This document shows, in pieces, positions 24,857-36,263 of a stretch of 64,000 nucleotides of DNA; positions within the stretch are counted from its first letter, which is position 1, and each line of letters starts with the position of its first letter. A program made the translations under genes and the position numbers. Location: the NCBI GenBank assembly GCA_002269645.1, contig NIVC01001502.1, positions 177,571 through 241,570 on the forward strand, given 5' to 3'. The notes under the pieces are model-generated. The model did not search any database. It had not been told where the DNA came from and saw only the letters and a list, made by a program, of their open reading frames with translations. The stretch comes from Macrostomum lignano. Its lineage: Eukaryota.

Positions 24857-27800
24857 TCAGAGCAGTTCGTACTGGCGCAGGTGCATCCGCTGGATGATGT
24901 CGCGGCAGTCTTTGAACACCCGACGAATGTTTTCCGTGTCCACAGCGCAGGTGAAGTGCGGATAGCAATAGTGCTGCGATGCCGCATCGTTTGCGCTCAC
25001 TTTCTGCGTGTTGCAAATCAAAATTGGCGGTCGTGTGTGAAACACCTCATCGGTTTGTACTTTTGCTTACTGTATTATGGATTTGTACACTTTTGACTTT
25101 GTACACTGTTGGATTTGTACACTGTTGGATTTGTACACTGTTGGATTTGTACACTGTTGGATTTGTACACTGCTCGATTTGTACACTGTTGGATTTGTAC
25201 ACTGTTGGATTTGTACACTTTTGGATTTGTACACTGTTGGATTTGTACACTTGTATTTGTACAGTTGAATTAGTACACACTACTCTGTACACAGCTAGAT
25301 TAGTAAATTATTCTACTTAGAAAAAGTGTGCTCATTGATCCGTAAATATGGATCTGTGAAATTTCAGTTTTTTTACTTACCAAGAACTGATCTCTGATAA
25401 AGTACTTTGCTCGAAGCACTTCGGCGTCTTCTGAATCTGGATTGCTCACTAAAAACGATTTTCAATGAAAAAAAATAAATCTTGCTTGAACCGCCTCTAG
25501 AATACTCCCTAATCCTCTTCTAGAGTACTGATTAATCCGCCTCTAGAATCACCGATATGGTTCTCAGAGATACTTATCTGCCTCTAGAATACTCATTAAA
25601 CCGCCTCTAGGATACTCATTAATCCGCCTCTAGAATACTCCCTAATCCTCTTCTAGAATACTCATTAATCCGCCTCTAGAATACTCCCTAATCCTCTTCT
25701 AGAATACTCATTAATCCGCCTCTAGAATACTGCCTAATCCTCTTCTAGAATACTCATTAATCCGCCTCTAGGATACTCCCTAATCCACCCTGGAATCCTC
25801 CCCAATCCTATATACTAAATCTTTAATCTAACTATACTAAATCTCTAATATCAAATATACTAAAAATCCTCTCTAAATCTGAAGTTTATCCGACATTCCG
25901 ACTCACCACCCTCGGTGGGCAGGCAGTAGTCCTTGTAGTCAAGAAAGTAATCTTCCAGTCGTGACTTTCCAGCCATAATCTTCTCGGCCAGCAAGTCTTG
26001 CTTGTTGAGGAAGAGAATCACCGATATGGTTCTCAGGTATCTGTTGAGTTAAAAAAACAGTTGTTACGTTCATTATCGGTGTTTATATAACATAGATAGG
26101 GCTGCTTCATGGGCGATTCTAGGGCTGCTTCAGATGCCATTCTAGGGCTGCTTCAAGGAGGTTCTAGGGCTGCTTCAGGGAGGTTCTAGAGCTGCTTCAG
26201 GGAGATTCTAGGGCTGATTCAAGGAGGTTCTAGAGCTGCTTCAGGGAGATTCTAGGGCTGCTTCAAGGAGGTTCTAGAGCTGCTTCAGGGAGATTCTAGG
26301 GCTGATTCAAGGAGGTTCTAGAGCTGCTTCAAGGAGGTTCTAGAGCTGCTTCAGGGAGATTCTAGGGCTGCTTCAAGGAGGTTCTAGAGCTGATTCAAGG
26401 TTCTAGGGCTGCTTCAAGGAGGTTCTAGAGCTGCTTCAAGGAGGTTCTAGGGCTGCTTCAAGGAGGTTCTAGGGCTGCTTCAAGGAGGTTCTAGAGCTGC
26501 ATCAGGGAGGTTCTAGGGCTGCTTCAAGGAGGTTCTAGGGCTGCTTCAAGGAGGTTCTAGAGCTGCATCAGGGAGGTTCTAGGGCTGCTTCAAGGAGGTT
26601 CTAGAGCTGCATCAGGGAGGTTCTAGGGCTGCTTCAAGGAGGTTCTAGAGCTGCTTCAAGGAGGTTCTAGAGCTGCTTCAGGGAGATTCTAGGGCTGCTT
26701 CAATGAGGTTCTAGAGCTGCTTCAAGGAGGTTCTAGGGCTGCTTCAAGGAGGTTCTAGAGCTGCTTCAAGGAGGTTCTAGAGCTGCTTCAGGGAGATTCT
26801 AGAGCTGCTTCAAGGAGGTTCTAGAGCTGCTTCAGGGAGATTCTAGGGCTGCTTCAAGGAGGTTCTAGAGCTGCTTCAGGGTGATTCTAGGGCTGCTTCA
26901 AGGAGGTTCTAGAGCTGCTTCCGGGCGATTCTACGGCTGCTTCCGGGAGATTCTAGGGCTGCTTCAGATGCGATTCTAGGGCTGCTTCAAGGAGCTGTTA
27001 GGGCTGCTTCAAAGGCGATTCTAGGGTCGCTTCGGGGAGATTCTAGGGCTGCTTCAGGGATATTCTAGAGCTGCTTCAGGGGCGATTCTAGGGCTGCTTC
27101 AGGCAGATTCTAGAGTTGCTTTAGGGAGATTCTAGATCTGTTTTAGGTTTGCAGGGCTGTTTTAAGGGGCTAGTTGAAACTAGTTGAAAATCCAACCAAC
27201 CTATTGGTCCAAATGGACTGGAACAGCTCCAGACTCTCTTTCAATCGGTTCTGCGTTGGATCCTCGCGCAACACCATGTTGTAAGACGAGGAGGCCGTGA
27301 CAAATATGATAGCCGTGACGTCGTTGAAGCACTGGATCCACTTGCGCCTCTCCTCTCTCTGGCCGCCGACGTCAAACATGTGAAACTGCACTTTGTCAAC
27401 GCTGAACTTTGTCTCAAAGATGCCAGACGTGAGCACTCGACATCGAAGGATGTCCTGCTCGGAGGGCTCGTAGTCCGGACGGCCGACCTCTTCCGCTTTG
27501 TCTAGGAAGCTGGGACGAGAGGGAATTAAACAGGGATTACAGCCAACTGTAATATCGTTTTGTGGTTATGTGGAAGGCCTTCCACTTATTTCTACCGTTC
27601 TTTTGTGAAAGTCAAATCCGCGCGCGATTCTATGATAAACAATTTGTTTTAATTTTCATAATAATTTTCTAACCGCGCCTTTCCACTACCCCCCGGCCCC
27701 GCCCCGCTCCAATTTTGATTGCCTTTCTCGGAATTCCAGCCTAAAGCTGCCATGTACATTTCAGTGGACTGGCCAATGTACATTATTGCTAAACCATTTA

Positions 27801-30800
27801 GCAAGTTGTTTACGCCTGCAAGCTTGGGCTTCTAAACTTATCAAAGTCAGTTCAGCCGCCTTTATTTTTATAAAATAGCTTATGTATTCTTCTTTTTGCT
27901 ACTGAACTGAAAGTAGAAAGCTGTTTTGCTAAGTATATGCCTGAGTGGCTCATCTAGTTATTTTAGTATCTGTGGCCTGCCCTAAATCCTCGGAATTCAG
28001 AAATGTTTGAATACCAATATATAGATAAAAATGAAAAACTTTCTCATACTAGACTACTTAAAGTAAAAAATATAAGAAAAAAGAACTTTAGCAAGCATAC
28101 AAAAATCATCTGCTATCAAGCAGAGAAAGAGGGACAAAGTCTCAAGTAAATGATGCCTGTCAAACATGTCCTGTCTCGCTTTCTAGGCCTCTAGTTAAGC
28201 TCAACTCGAGGGCTTGCTATCTCTATCTCTACCTAGCTCTCCCGAGTTGGGAAAATAAAGGGCCCGCATCGACAGGCATCAGCTAGATTAGCAATGCAAA
28301 GATATGCTCGCCTAGTGAGATGTCTGCTTTCAAATTTGAGTACCGCCTTGAAGCAGTCAAGCACGCAAAAAAGTTCAAGCATAACTCACTTCTTCCGGCT
28401 GAGATGCCATGGCTCAATGGGGGAGTTGCTGAAGATGCCATGGCTCAATGGGGGAGTTGCTGAGATGCCATGGCTCAATGGGGGAGTTGCTGAAGATGCC
28501 ATGGCTCAATGGGGGAGTTGCTGAAGATGCCATGGCTCAATGGGGGAGTTGCTGAGATGCCATGGCTCAATGGGGGAGTTTCTGAGATGCCATGGCTCAA
28601 TGGGGGAGTTTCTGAGATGCCATGGCTCAATGGGGGAGTTGCTGAGATGCCATGGCTCAATGGGGGAGTTTCTGAGATGCCATGGCTCAATGGGGGAGTT
28701 TCTGAGATGCCATGGCTCAATGGAAGAATTGCTGAGATGCCATGGCTCAATGGGGGAGTTTCTGAGATGCCATGGCTCAATGGGGGAGTTGCTGAGATGC
28801 CATGGCTCAATGGGGGAGTTGCTGAGATGCCATGGCTCAATGGGGGAGTTGCTGAGATGCCATGGCTCAATGGGGGAGTTGCTGAGATGCCATGGCTCAA
28901 TAGAAGAATTGCTGAGATGCCAAGACTCAACGTGCAATAAAACTCAAAGAAAACATACAATAGCTTAAAGAACGTTCATTTAGGACTTTCGGCACCTCTG
29001 CTGAGGGGACACATTGGATACTCTCACAGTTCTTTTTTTTTCGCGCGCAGGCTCTAAGGTCATAAATTAAAACAGAGAGGAATTTTAGCGTCAACCTTGG
29101 ACAACCGTCGCTAAAGAAAGGAAGCAAATAAAAGTACACCGTACACAAGCTGTACAGCTGCTTTGCACTAAAAAAGGTTTTTTATTGATAGCTAAGAATT
29201 GCGCTAAACTTCAGCCCATTGCACCGCATACAGGCCCGCACCGCATACAGCAGATCCCGAAGCTAAAGGTGACGCTGTGAAAGAGCGAGTTGAAGCCCGA
29301 GCTAAAAAAAATGTTGAAATTCGATGCAATATTCAAGAGATCGCAGTTGAGACTTGTGCTCCCTTTTAGGAAACTAACACCCCGAGCTGCCCTTGACTGC
29401 TCTATATCGAGGAACAGGCTCTATGTTTAGACAGTGAAGATAAGAGATTATAATAAAAAAATGCGCCACAAAATAAAGCTGGGAATCTCGACTATAGAGT
29501 GGAATAAAAATAGAAACCCACATCTATCCTGACTGAGAATGACTGACAAACTGAATCAATCACTTAAGAAGGAAGCAGGCAGATATGATATGGGAGGTAG
29601 ACAGGCAAATAGGCAAACGGACAGGTACACACAGACTGACAGACAGACAGACAGACTGACAGACAGACATGCAGACAGACAGATAGACAAACAGTCAGAC
29701 AGACAGACAGACAGACAGACAGATAGTCAAACAGACAGGCGGACAGGCTGACAGACAAACAGAGAGATAGGCAGACAAACAGACAGACAGCCTCAACTCG
29801 CCACCAAAGCAGAGCTCCAGACTCACTACTTGGCGCAGTCGATCAGCTGGTACTCATTGGACCGGTCAAAGGAGGCCCTGACGCCCGAGTCCTGCCAAAG
29901 CAGCGCCGTGTAGCGAAAGAACTGCTCTGGGTAGTCGAAGTCGGGCTTGGGCGCCTCAGTCTGCAGGTATTCGATGTAAGGCTCGTAATCGGCGTGCTCT
30001 AGCGAAATCTGCGGCGTCAGATTGCTCATGGCGCCCGTGATGGACAGGATGGCGTCGCGAATGTTCTTTTTAATGTCCAAAATCTTCTGCTTTTTCTCTC
30101 TGTTAAAGGTAAAAATTGGTTTTGAAAGTTCAGAAACAATCTTGATAAAGATTTAGATGGAAGGACAGATTAACTGGGACTGTCACGCTAAAGTACTGAG
30201 TTCGATTCTTACATTAATTCAGTGCTTTTGCGCTCGTTAAGGTGTATTCAACATGCCAGTGAAGTATGAGACAAAACAGGCCTATGGGCTACGGTCTGCG
30301 ATGCTTCACGCCTGCACCCATCTTCAGCAGGTTAAGGCTGGTGGGAGGTCTGCAACCTCTATTTGCCGCTGGCAGCCGCAGACCCCCCCCCCCACGCTGT
30401 CTCGCAAGTCGACCCAGGGTACCCGTCCCCGCGAGTGTTCAAGGTGGACCCTAGGGCTGCCGGACAGACTGGGCTCCGGCGCTGGCTACCCATCCAGTGG
30501 CTTTTGCCAAACTTGGGTATGCTGCTCTGGCTCGCCAGTCCGCAGGCTGTGGTACTGCTCAACGTACCCTCTAATGCCTAAGGTGTTCGACCGTGCCGAT
30601 GGGCTGGAAGTCCAGGGAGTTGTCTGGTCGCTAGCGGTTCCCCTCCTGGTGTCGGGCCAGCCTTGAGGGTTCTTTTGGCCTACTGCCCGGTCAGGTGGAG
30701 CGGCTGGGTGGGTACCACGCCCCTTTGAGGGTAGCTCACCAACCTTTATCATGGTCTTCGAGCCAACTATGGATAATAAAACCTTATCTAGGGACAGGGA

Positions 30801-33424
30801 CCCTGCTGGCGACACCAGGGGACCTCCCTGGGCGTTGCCAACCCTTCCTCCATAGCGACCCGTCGGCTGTTCAGGGATTAGCGGAATGGGTGTTCGCGCC
30901 TTCTGGCTGTGTCCCATCCAGGACAGCCCTGCAGCTAAGTCAAGTAGGTCAAGTCAGTGCTTTTGCACCTGTGAGCCTGGGCGTCAGACAGTGAAGCCTG
31001 ACACACCGCCTGACAATATAGAAAGTCTAGCCCTGACAATATAGAAAGTCAAGGCTGCTGTACACCCCGAAGCACCCCGAAGGAGCATATGCCTGCAAAA
31101 TAGGTACTTACTACACGCATTCTCAAACTAAAACAACTATTTCAAAAGGCAATTCCACTATCCAGCAAAAGCTCAATGTTTTTCATTCTTTCATCTTCCA
31201 TTTATTCACAGTATAAAGGGCAATTTTTTTAGAAATTGAAAATTGGTCAATATAAACAAACTTACTCTGGAGTGAAGCCGTCAATGTGCAGGATTCGCAT
31301 CTGCTTCACAATTGTACTTTTTCCTGACTCTCCAGCGCCTAAAATGTTTACAATAAAAATGAGAGTTATAGAATAAATTAGACTTATCATTTAAACTCTA
31401 GTATGAATATTTCAGTAAAGTTGATAAAAATTATAGGGTCCAAATTTTTTTAATCAACTGGGAGTATAAATGCCTTATAACTAGAAAGTTAGGCCAATTT
31501 ACACCTGGATATAGTTATTACATGCTTGTAGATGCTCAGGAGCAAATTGAGCAGAATTGTTGAAGCAATAATGATGAGATAATATGACCAAAGATACTGC
31601 ACAAAGGTGTCTAAAAATCTTGCAATTAATAGTGCTATTAAAACCATATTGCTTTTATCATATCAAATAAATAAATAAATCCCATTTTCTACCTAGAGTT
31701 AGGATTTATAATTTATCAAATATAGAAAATTTACAAACTATTTAATTGAGAATTTGAATTTTCTTTTTGCATTTACAATTTAAAAAATAATAACTTTATT
31801 GCAATTAATTTTTGTATCTTTTTTTCTTTTAAAATGATGACTAAAATTAGAAAATATATTTATTAGGTGAAAATATAATATTTAGTATAACCTAAAGCTT
31901 ATCTAGCATTAGCTTATCTAGTACTACAAGAGTAACAGCTTATTATTTCCAATAAAATAATTTTAGAAACTCTTGTATCATACTCAAGAAGGTAGCACAT
32001 TATACATTAGAATACACTTTTGGAATGATCTATATGCTCTTTATACACTATGAATTCTGGTTGTTTCGCCCCCAAACTGTTTTGGTCATGGACATTTTGC
32101 CCCCAGACCAATTTGCCCATAGTCTGTTTTGCCCATAAACCAGTTTGGCTATATGCATTTTGGCCAAAATGGTGAATATGTAATTTAGAGATACAGGTAT
32201 ACAGGTATCTTTCTTTTCTTTTTTTCAATGCTAATTTTTAGTTTTAATGTGAAAAAACTATGATCTGGATTGTTGCTACAATAATTGTGTTATTGCAACT
32301 TTGTTTATTACAATTGTGAATTATTATAAGTTTTTTAAAAGTCATTTCTTTTGAAAGTGTGACAATTAAAGCCAATTTGAACAGCTGAAGAAAAGGTTTC
32401 AGTTTTATAGCAAGGTAAAGACAGAAATACTAAAAGAATAAGATTTGTCACCAAAATTGAAAATTTAAGAACAGAGTTTAAAACTGTAAAGTTTAGAAAT
32501 GGTCCATGGCCAAAATAATATATGGATAAAACGGTCTGTGGGCGAAATGGTCTGTAGGCGAAATGTCCATGGCCAAAATGGTTTATGGGTGAAACGACTG
32601 GTTATCTATACTGTTTATATAATATTTCTAATGCTATGGCTAGCCATAGCATAGAGTAAAAATATATCATAATTAAATATTGAAGAATACAAGTTAGATT
32701 AGGAAGTGTAGAAACCTTAGCTAGAATTTTCTATAGCAAAGGTAAAGGCAACTTTTTTGACTATAAGTATAGCCTATACAAACCAAGCTAGGTACTTTTA
32801 ATCTATCTAGACTATAGCCTTGATATATTAATGAGTTGCAATAAAAATTGGTATATTTCTATTAGTTATTATATATTAGGAATATTAACTTTAGCAAATA
32901 ATATTTATTTCAATGCCTTTTTTGACTATTTTCAAAATCATAATTTACAAAGGAGTTCTCTTCTATTTATCTAACTAAAATCATCTACCTTTTAATCACA
33001 TTTTGCTTAAAATTGTTACTTTTGAGTTTGAAAAATTTACAAGAACTCATTCTCTTAAAAATAAAAAATCAATTAATATATTTATACAATGACTGAGAAT
33101 TATGATTGATGAAAAATATATTTAGGAACACTTATTTAAGGCCCATATGATACATTAATACTAAGCACAATGGACAACCTTACTGCAATTTTTTTTACTT
33201 TCAGGCAGCAAATATTTTTTAAATAACTAAGACAAATGCACATCGAAAATGTCATTCTCATCCTTATAAAATAAAAAACAAATATGAACTGTTATCATAC
33301 CCAGAAGTAAAAGTCGATGAGTTGACTTGTAATCCTTTCTCTCCTTCTCAAGCTTTCTTTCAATGTTTTTCGAAAGTTCACTTTTTTCCGTTGCTAAATT
33401 CTTTTTTCCACCAAAACAACCCAT
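24857..33424 (-). CDS. GNAS: Heterotrimeric G protein alpha-s subunit, 375 aa. Exons: 33424-33301, 31338-31266, 30099-29827, 27509-27201, 26040-25907, 25448-25381, 25003-24857
   Basis: Exon lengths 124+73+273+309+134+68+147 = 1128 nt, in frame with GT-AG junctions. MGCFG N-terminus, G1 [21 protein letters not shown] (switch I Arg), DVGGQR, FLNKQD, TCAVDT, and the C-terminus [10 protein letters not shown] diagnostic of Gs-alpha. Confidence 0.97.
25078..25262. repeat. 16-bp minisatellite (gatttgtacactgttg)n in Gs-alpha intron 6
   Basis: Directly visible. Confidence 0.9.
25490..25805. repeat. About 23-bp alternating minisatellite (ctagaatactcattaatccgcct / ctagaatactccctaatcctctt) in Gs-alpha intron 5
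   Basis: Directly visible. Confidence 0.9.
26095..27140. repeat. 22-23-bp minisatellite (ctagggctgcttcaaggaggtt)n in Gs-alpha intron 4
   Basis: Directly visible, about 45 copies. Confidence 0.95.
28400..28925. repeat. 30-bp minisatellite (gctgagatgccatggctcaatgggggagtt)n in Gs-alpha intron 3
   Basis: Directly visible, about 17 copies; explains the repetitive ORFs at 28475-28968. Confidence 0.95.
29600..29790. repeat. (GACA)n microsatellite
   Basis: Imperfect gaca runs in Gs-alpha intron 3. Confidence 0.9.
32057..32601. mobile_element. MITE-like element with about 75-bp degenerate TIRs in Gs-alpha intron 1
   Basis: 32057-32130 (ctggttgtttcgcccccaaactgttttggtcatggacattttgcc...) is an imperfect reverse complement of about 32528-32601 (...ggcgaaatgtccatggccaaaatggtttatgggtgaaacgactgg). 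AT-rich non-coding interior. Confidence 0.65.
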
Positions 33425-36263
33425 TTTGCTTTATTAAATCTGAAAATGTCAGCTACTTGACAAAAATCGGAGATTCAATTAGACATAACAATCTACAGTA
33501 AACTTTTATAAAAACTATTTAATAAATGCAATACTAACTAAAGGCTAGGCTACCACTACCACAACTATGCTTAATGAGTAGAATTGGCGTTTTCTGTTTT
33601 TCTAATAAGTTTAGTACCTTTCTTTCTACCAAACTTGTTACGTTAAAAAATCTGGCGCGATCATTAAAATATATTTTATTCAAAGTTCGTGCTTCGTTAT
33701 TAACGCTTATGCAGTTAAATCATCTAAATGTAAAAATGAATACTATGCGAATTCCATACTACAATCTAATAACTCAATTTAGAAGACAATTTCTACGTAA
33801 AATTTAATTAAAAAACTTTAATTGCCCCTCAGTTAATTTTTAAATCAGGTCTAGGAGCACTGTGAGTTTTCAAATTAAAAACTACAGTCAACTTTCACCG
33901 CTACCCTCTCTTCACCTTCCAATAGTATATCGGACTAAAATAAAAAAGGGGTTTCTAAAATATTACCGTTTTGGTTCGGTTCCATAGTGAGAGAAATCGC
34001 GTGGTTTCCTACATTGGCAGTATACCGATTGTATTGGAAGAATACGTTGTTTTCATATCGCGAATCGAAATTCTGCCCGTTATTTTTCTAATGATTAGAT
34101 TTACTTACGCTACCTCTATGTCATGAAAATTGCATGCATGTTTTAACATAAACTGCAACAACCTGAATCTTTCTACGACTACGATCTTGCTCGTACACCA
34201 CGTCTCATAAAAGCAGAGCGCAGATTTCGCAATCCTGACTAACACGATCGTTTTTGATTTCTTACTAAGTGCGGTTTTTCACTATCCAGAAGACTCTACC
34301 ATTACTTGCTGTACCCCCCCCCAAGCAGTTGGTGTCGCTTTAATGATCATCGACCATTCTACTGGTCTCTAAAGTACGCGCTGTAGACCCGTCCCTAATG
34401 ATATAGAACCCATCTACAAATAATTATGATATTGCATGTGTGCCCACAAAGAAAAACATCAGCCCCAAATAACTTAGTATCAAAGTTCTTTGATTAAACT
34501 GCTTCCTTTCAAGTGAAATGGCGTCACTGTATGGAATGTAAATTGACTAAATAGACTGCGCGCAGCTAGCTTGTAGATCTTTCATAGCTCATTTGTACAT
34601 GTAAACAATTAATATAGCAATTTATAGCAATTTATAGCAATCTGATCAAAACTACAAGAGCCTGCGCATGCAAATGGTCACACTGAGATATACTATATAC
34701 AATTCCACATACTAAACTGTACATGCATGCATAGGTCAAAGAATCTACTATTTATAGTAGTCCTTGGCAGACAGCTGGTAGGTGCGTGAAATCGGCTCCG
34801 ATGCAATTACATGTACTGTGTATGAACATGCACATGCAAGCATTCAATTTCACAGTTTTATTCTGTACATGTAAATCCAACGCCTATTGCCCAATATGCC
34901 GTTCCGTTCAAATAATCTATACGCATGCTCAACTTTTCGCAATCGCTAATTAGAGCTAGAGATTTAAATCAACTAAATAGGGCATATGAATTAAAATATA
35001 ACAGGTAATTATTCATCCCGAGTTATATCAAATACATGTGCGTAAATACATGTAGACATTGTACATTGAAATATATTCAGATGCATGTACATGTACATGT
35101 AGCTTATACTAAGATTTCTATAAAAAAGGAGGGCACTACACTACTGTAGCTTAAATTTCGTACAGGATATCACAGTATCAGTAGATGCGAAGTGTTTGTG
35201 TACGTATTTCCTATCAGAGTTCATTTATAAAGTTTTTCGACTATACTGCACAGCGGAGCATGTTCATGTCTCGTGCAAGGACAAGTTAAGAACGTAACAG
35301 CTTTAATGAGTCCTAGTCACGTGGAACATTCCGACGTACATGTACGAGGACGAGGAGTAACCGACATCGTACATGTAGGAAGTCACGTGCAAAAAGTAAT
35401 TTTTAAATTGCTCTGGAGAATGTCGACGCCATCAATCAGCTGAGCGTCGGGTGATGTGAAAGTTTCCACCGACATCGCTGTTCATATCTGACATGTAAAG
35501 GGTTTATTCAGCTCGATCTTCCAAGTGTATTACTGGACGTACAAGTAGTAGAAGCATCAGCTAAATTACTAAATTTATGATTTTTCTAAAGCTAGAGAAC
35601 TTGAGTGGGTCGCGTTAAAATATTGCACGCGGTAGTGTTATTTGAATTATGTGCATTCACGTATACATTTTAGCCGCTATATATACATGTATATAGAGAA
35701 CCTTAAAGTGAGTATTAGTCTTCTAGAGCTCTGTATATGAACTCTAAAAATCGATGTTACAATATGTTATAAACAGTATAACTGTACATTGGCTGTCCAT
35801 ACAGTTTGCATCCTTTGATGTTTAAAATCCAAAATTCTAAATTATCAAATATTTTAACAATATGCCTACGCTAAGGGATTATATATTGTCAGGCGGACAA
35901 GTCTCACTGTCAACAATTGCTGCTGTGTGTGCTATAGAACTTGCCAATGTGAGTGTGGATCCAGCTGAATTCCGCTTCTATATGCTCCCACTGAGAGCGT
36001 ATTAGGCTTCGCTGGAACTGCATATCTGGCTGCATGCAACTATGTAGAAACTGCTGGTAGAAGATTCTTTGCCTTCCTGACATCGCTAGAAGAGCTTCCT
36101 CTAGAAGGCTTTTCGTTGCTTCTCCTTGCTTTCCCACTCATCGATCGATGCGAATTTCTAAAAGGCGAATCTGCTGTTGTCTCCGCTCTGTCCAGTAATG
36201 CCCTCCCAGCAGGGCCAGTCACCAACCCCAGCTGAGCCTTGGCGCCCTCTCTGAGGGGAGAAA

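Noticed and set aside
30253-30994. GC-rich ORFs in Gs-alpha intron 2
   Set aside because: No identifiable domain; the Gs-alpha exons join in frame without them.
35910-36263. Possible minus-strand exon with acceptor tttctcccctcag next to the transposon end
   Set aside because: All frames stop within about 230 nt, there is no homology cue, and it more likely belongs to a repeat relic.
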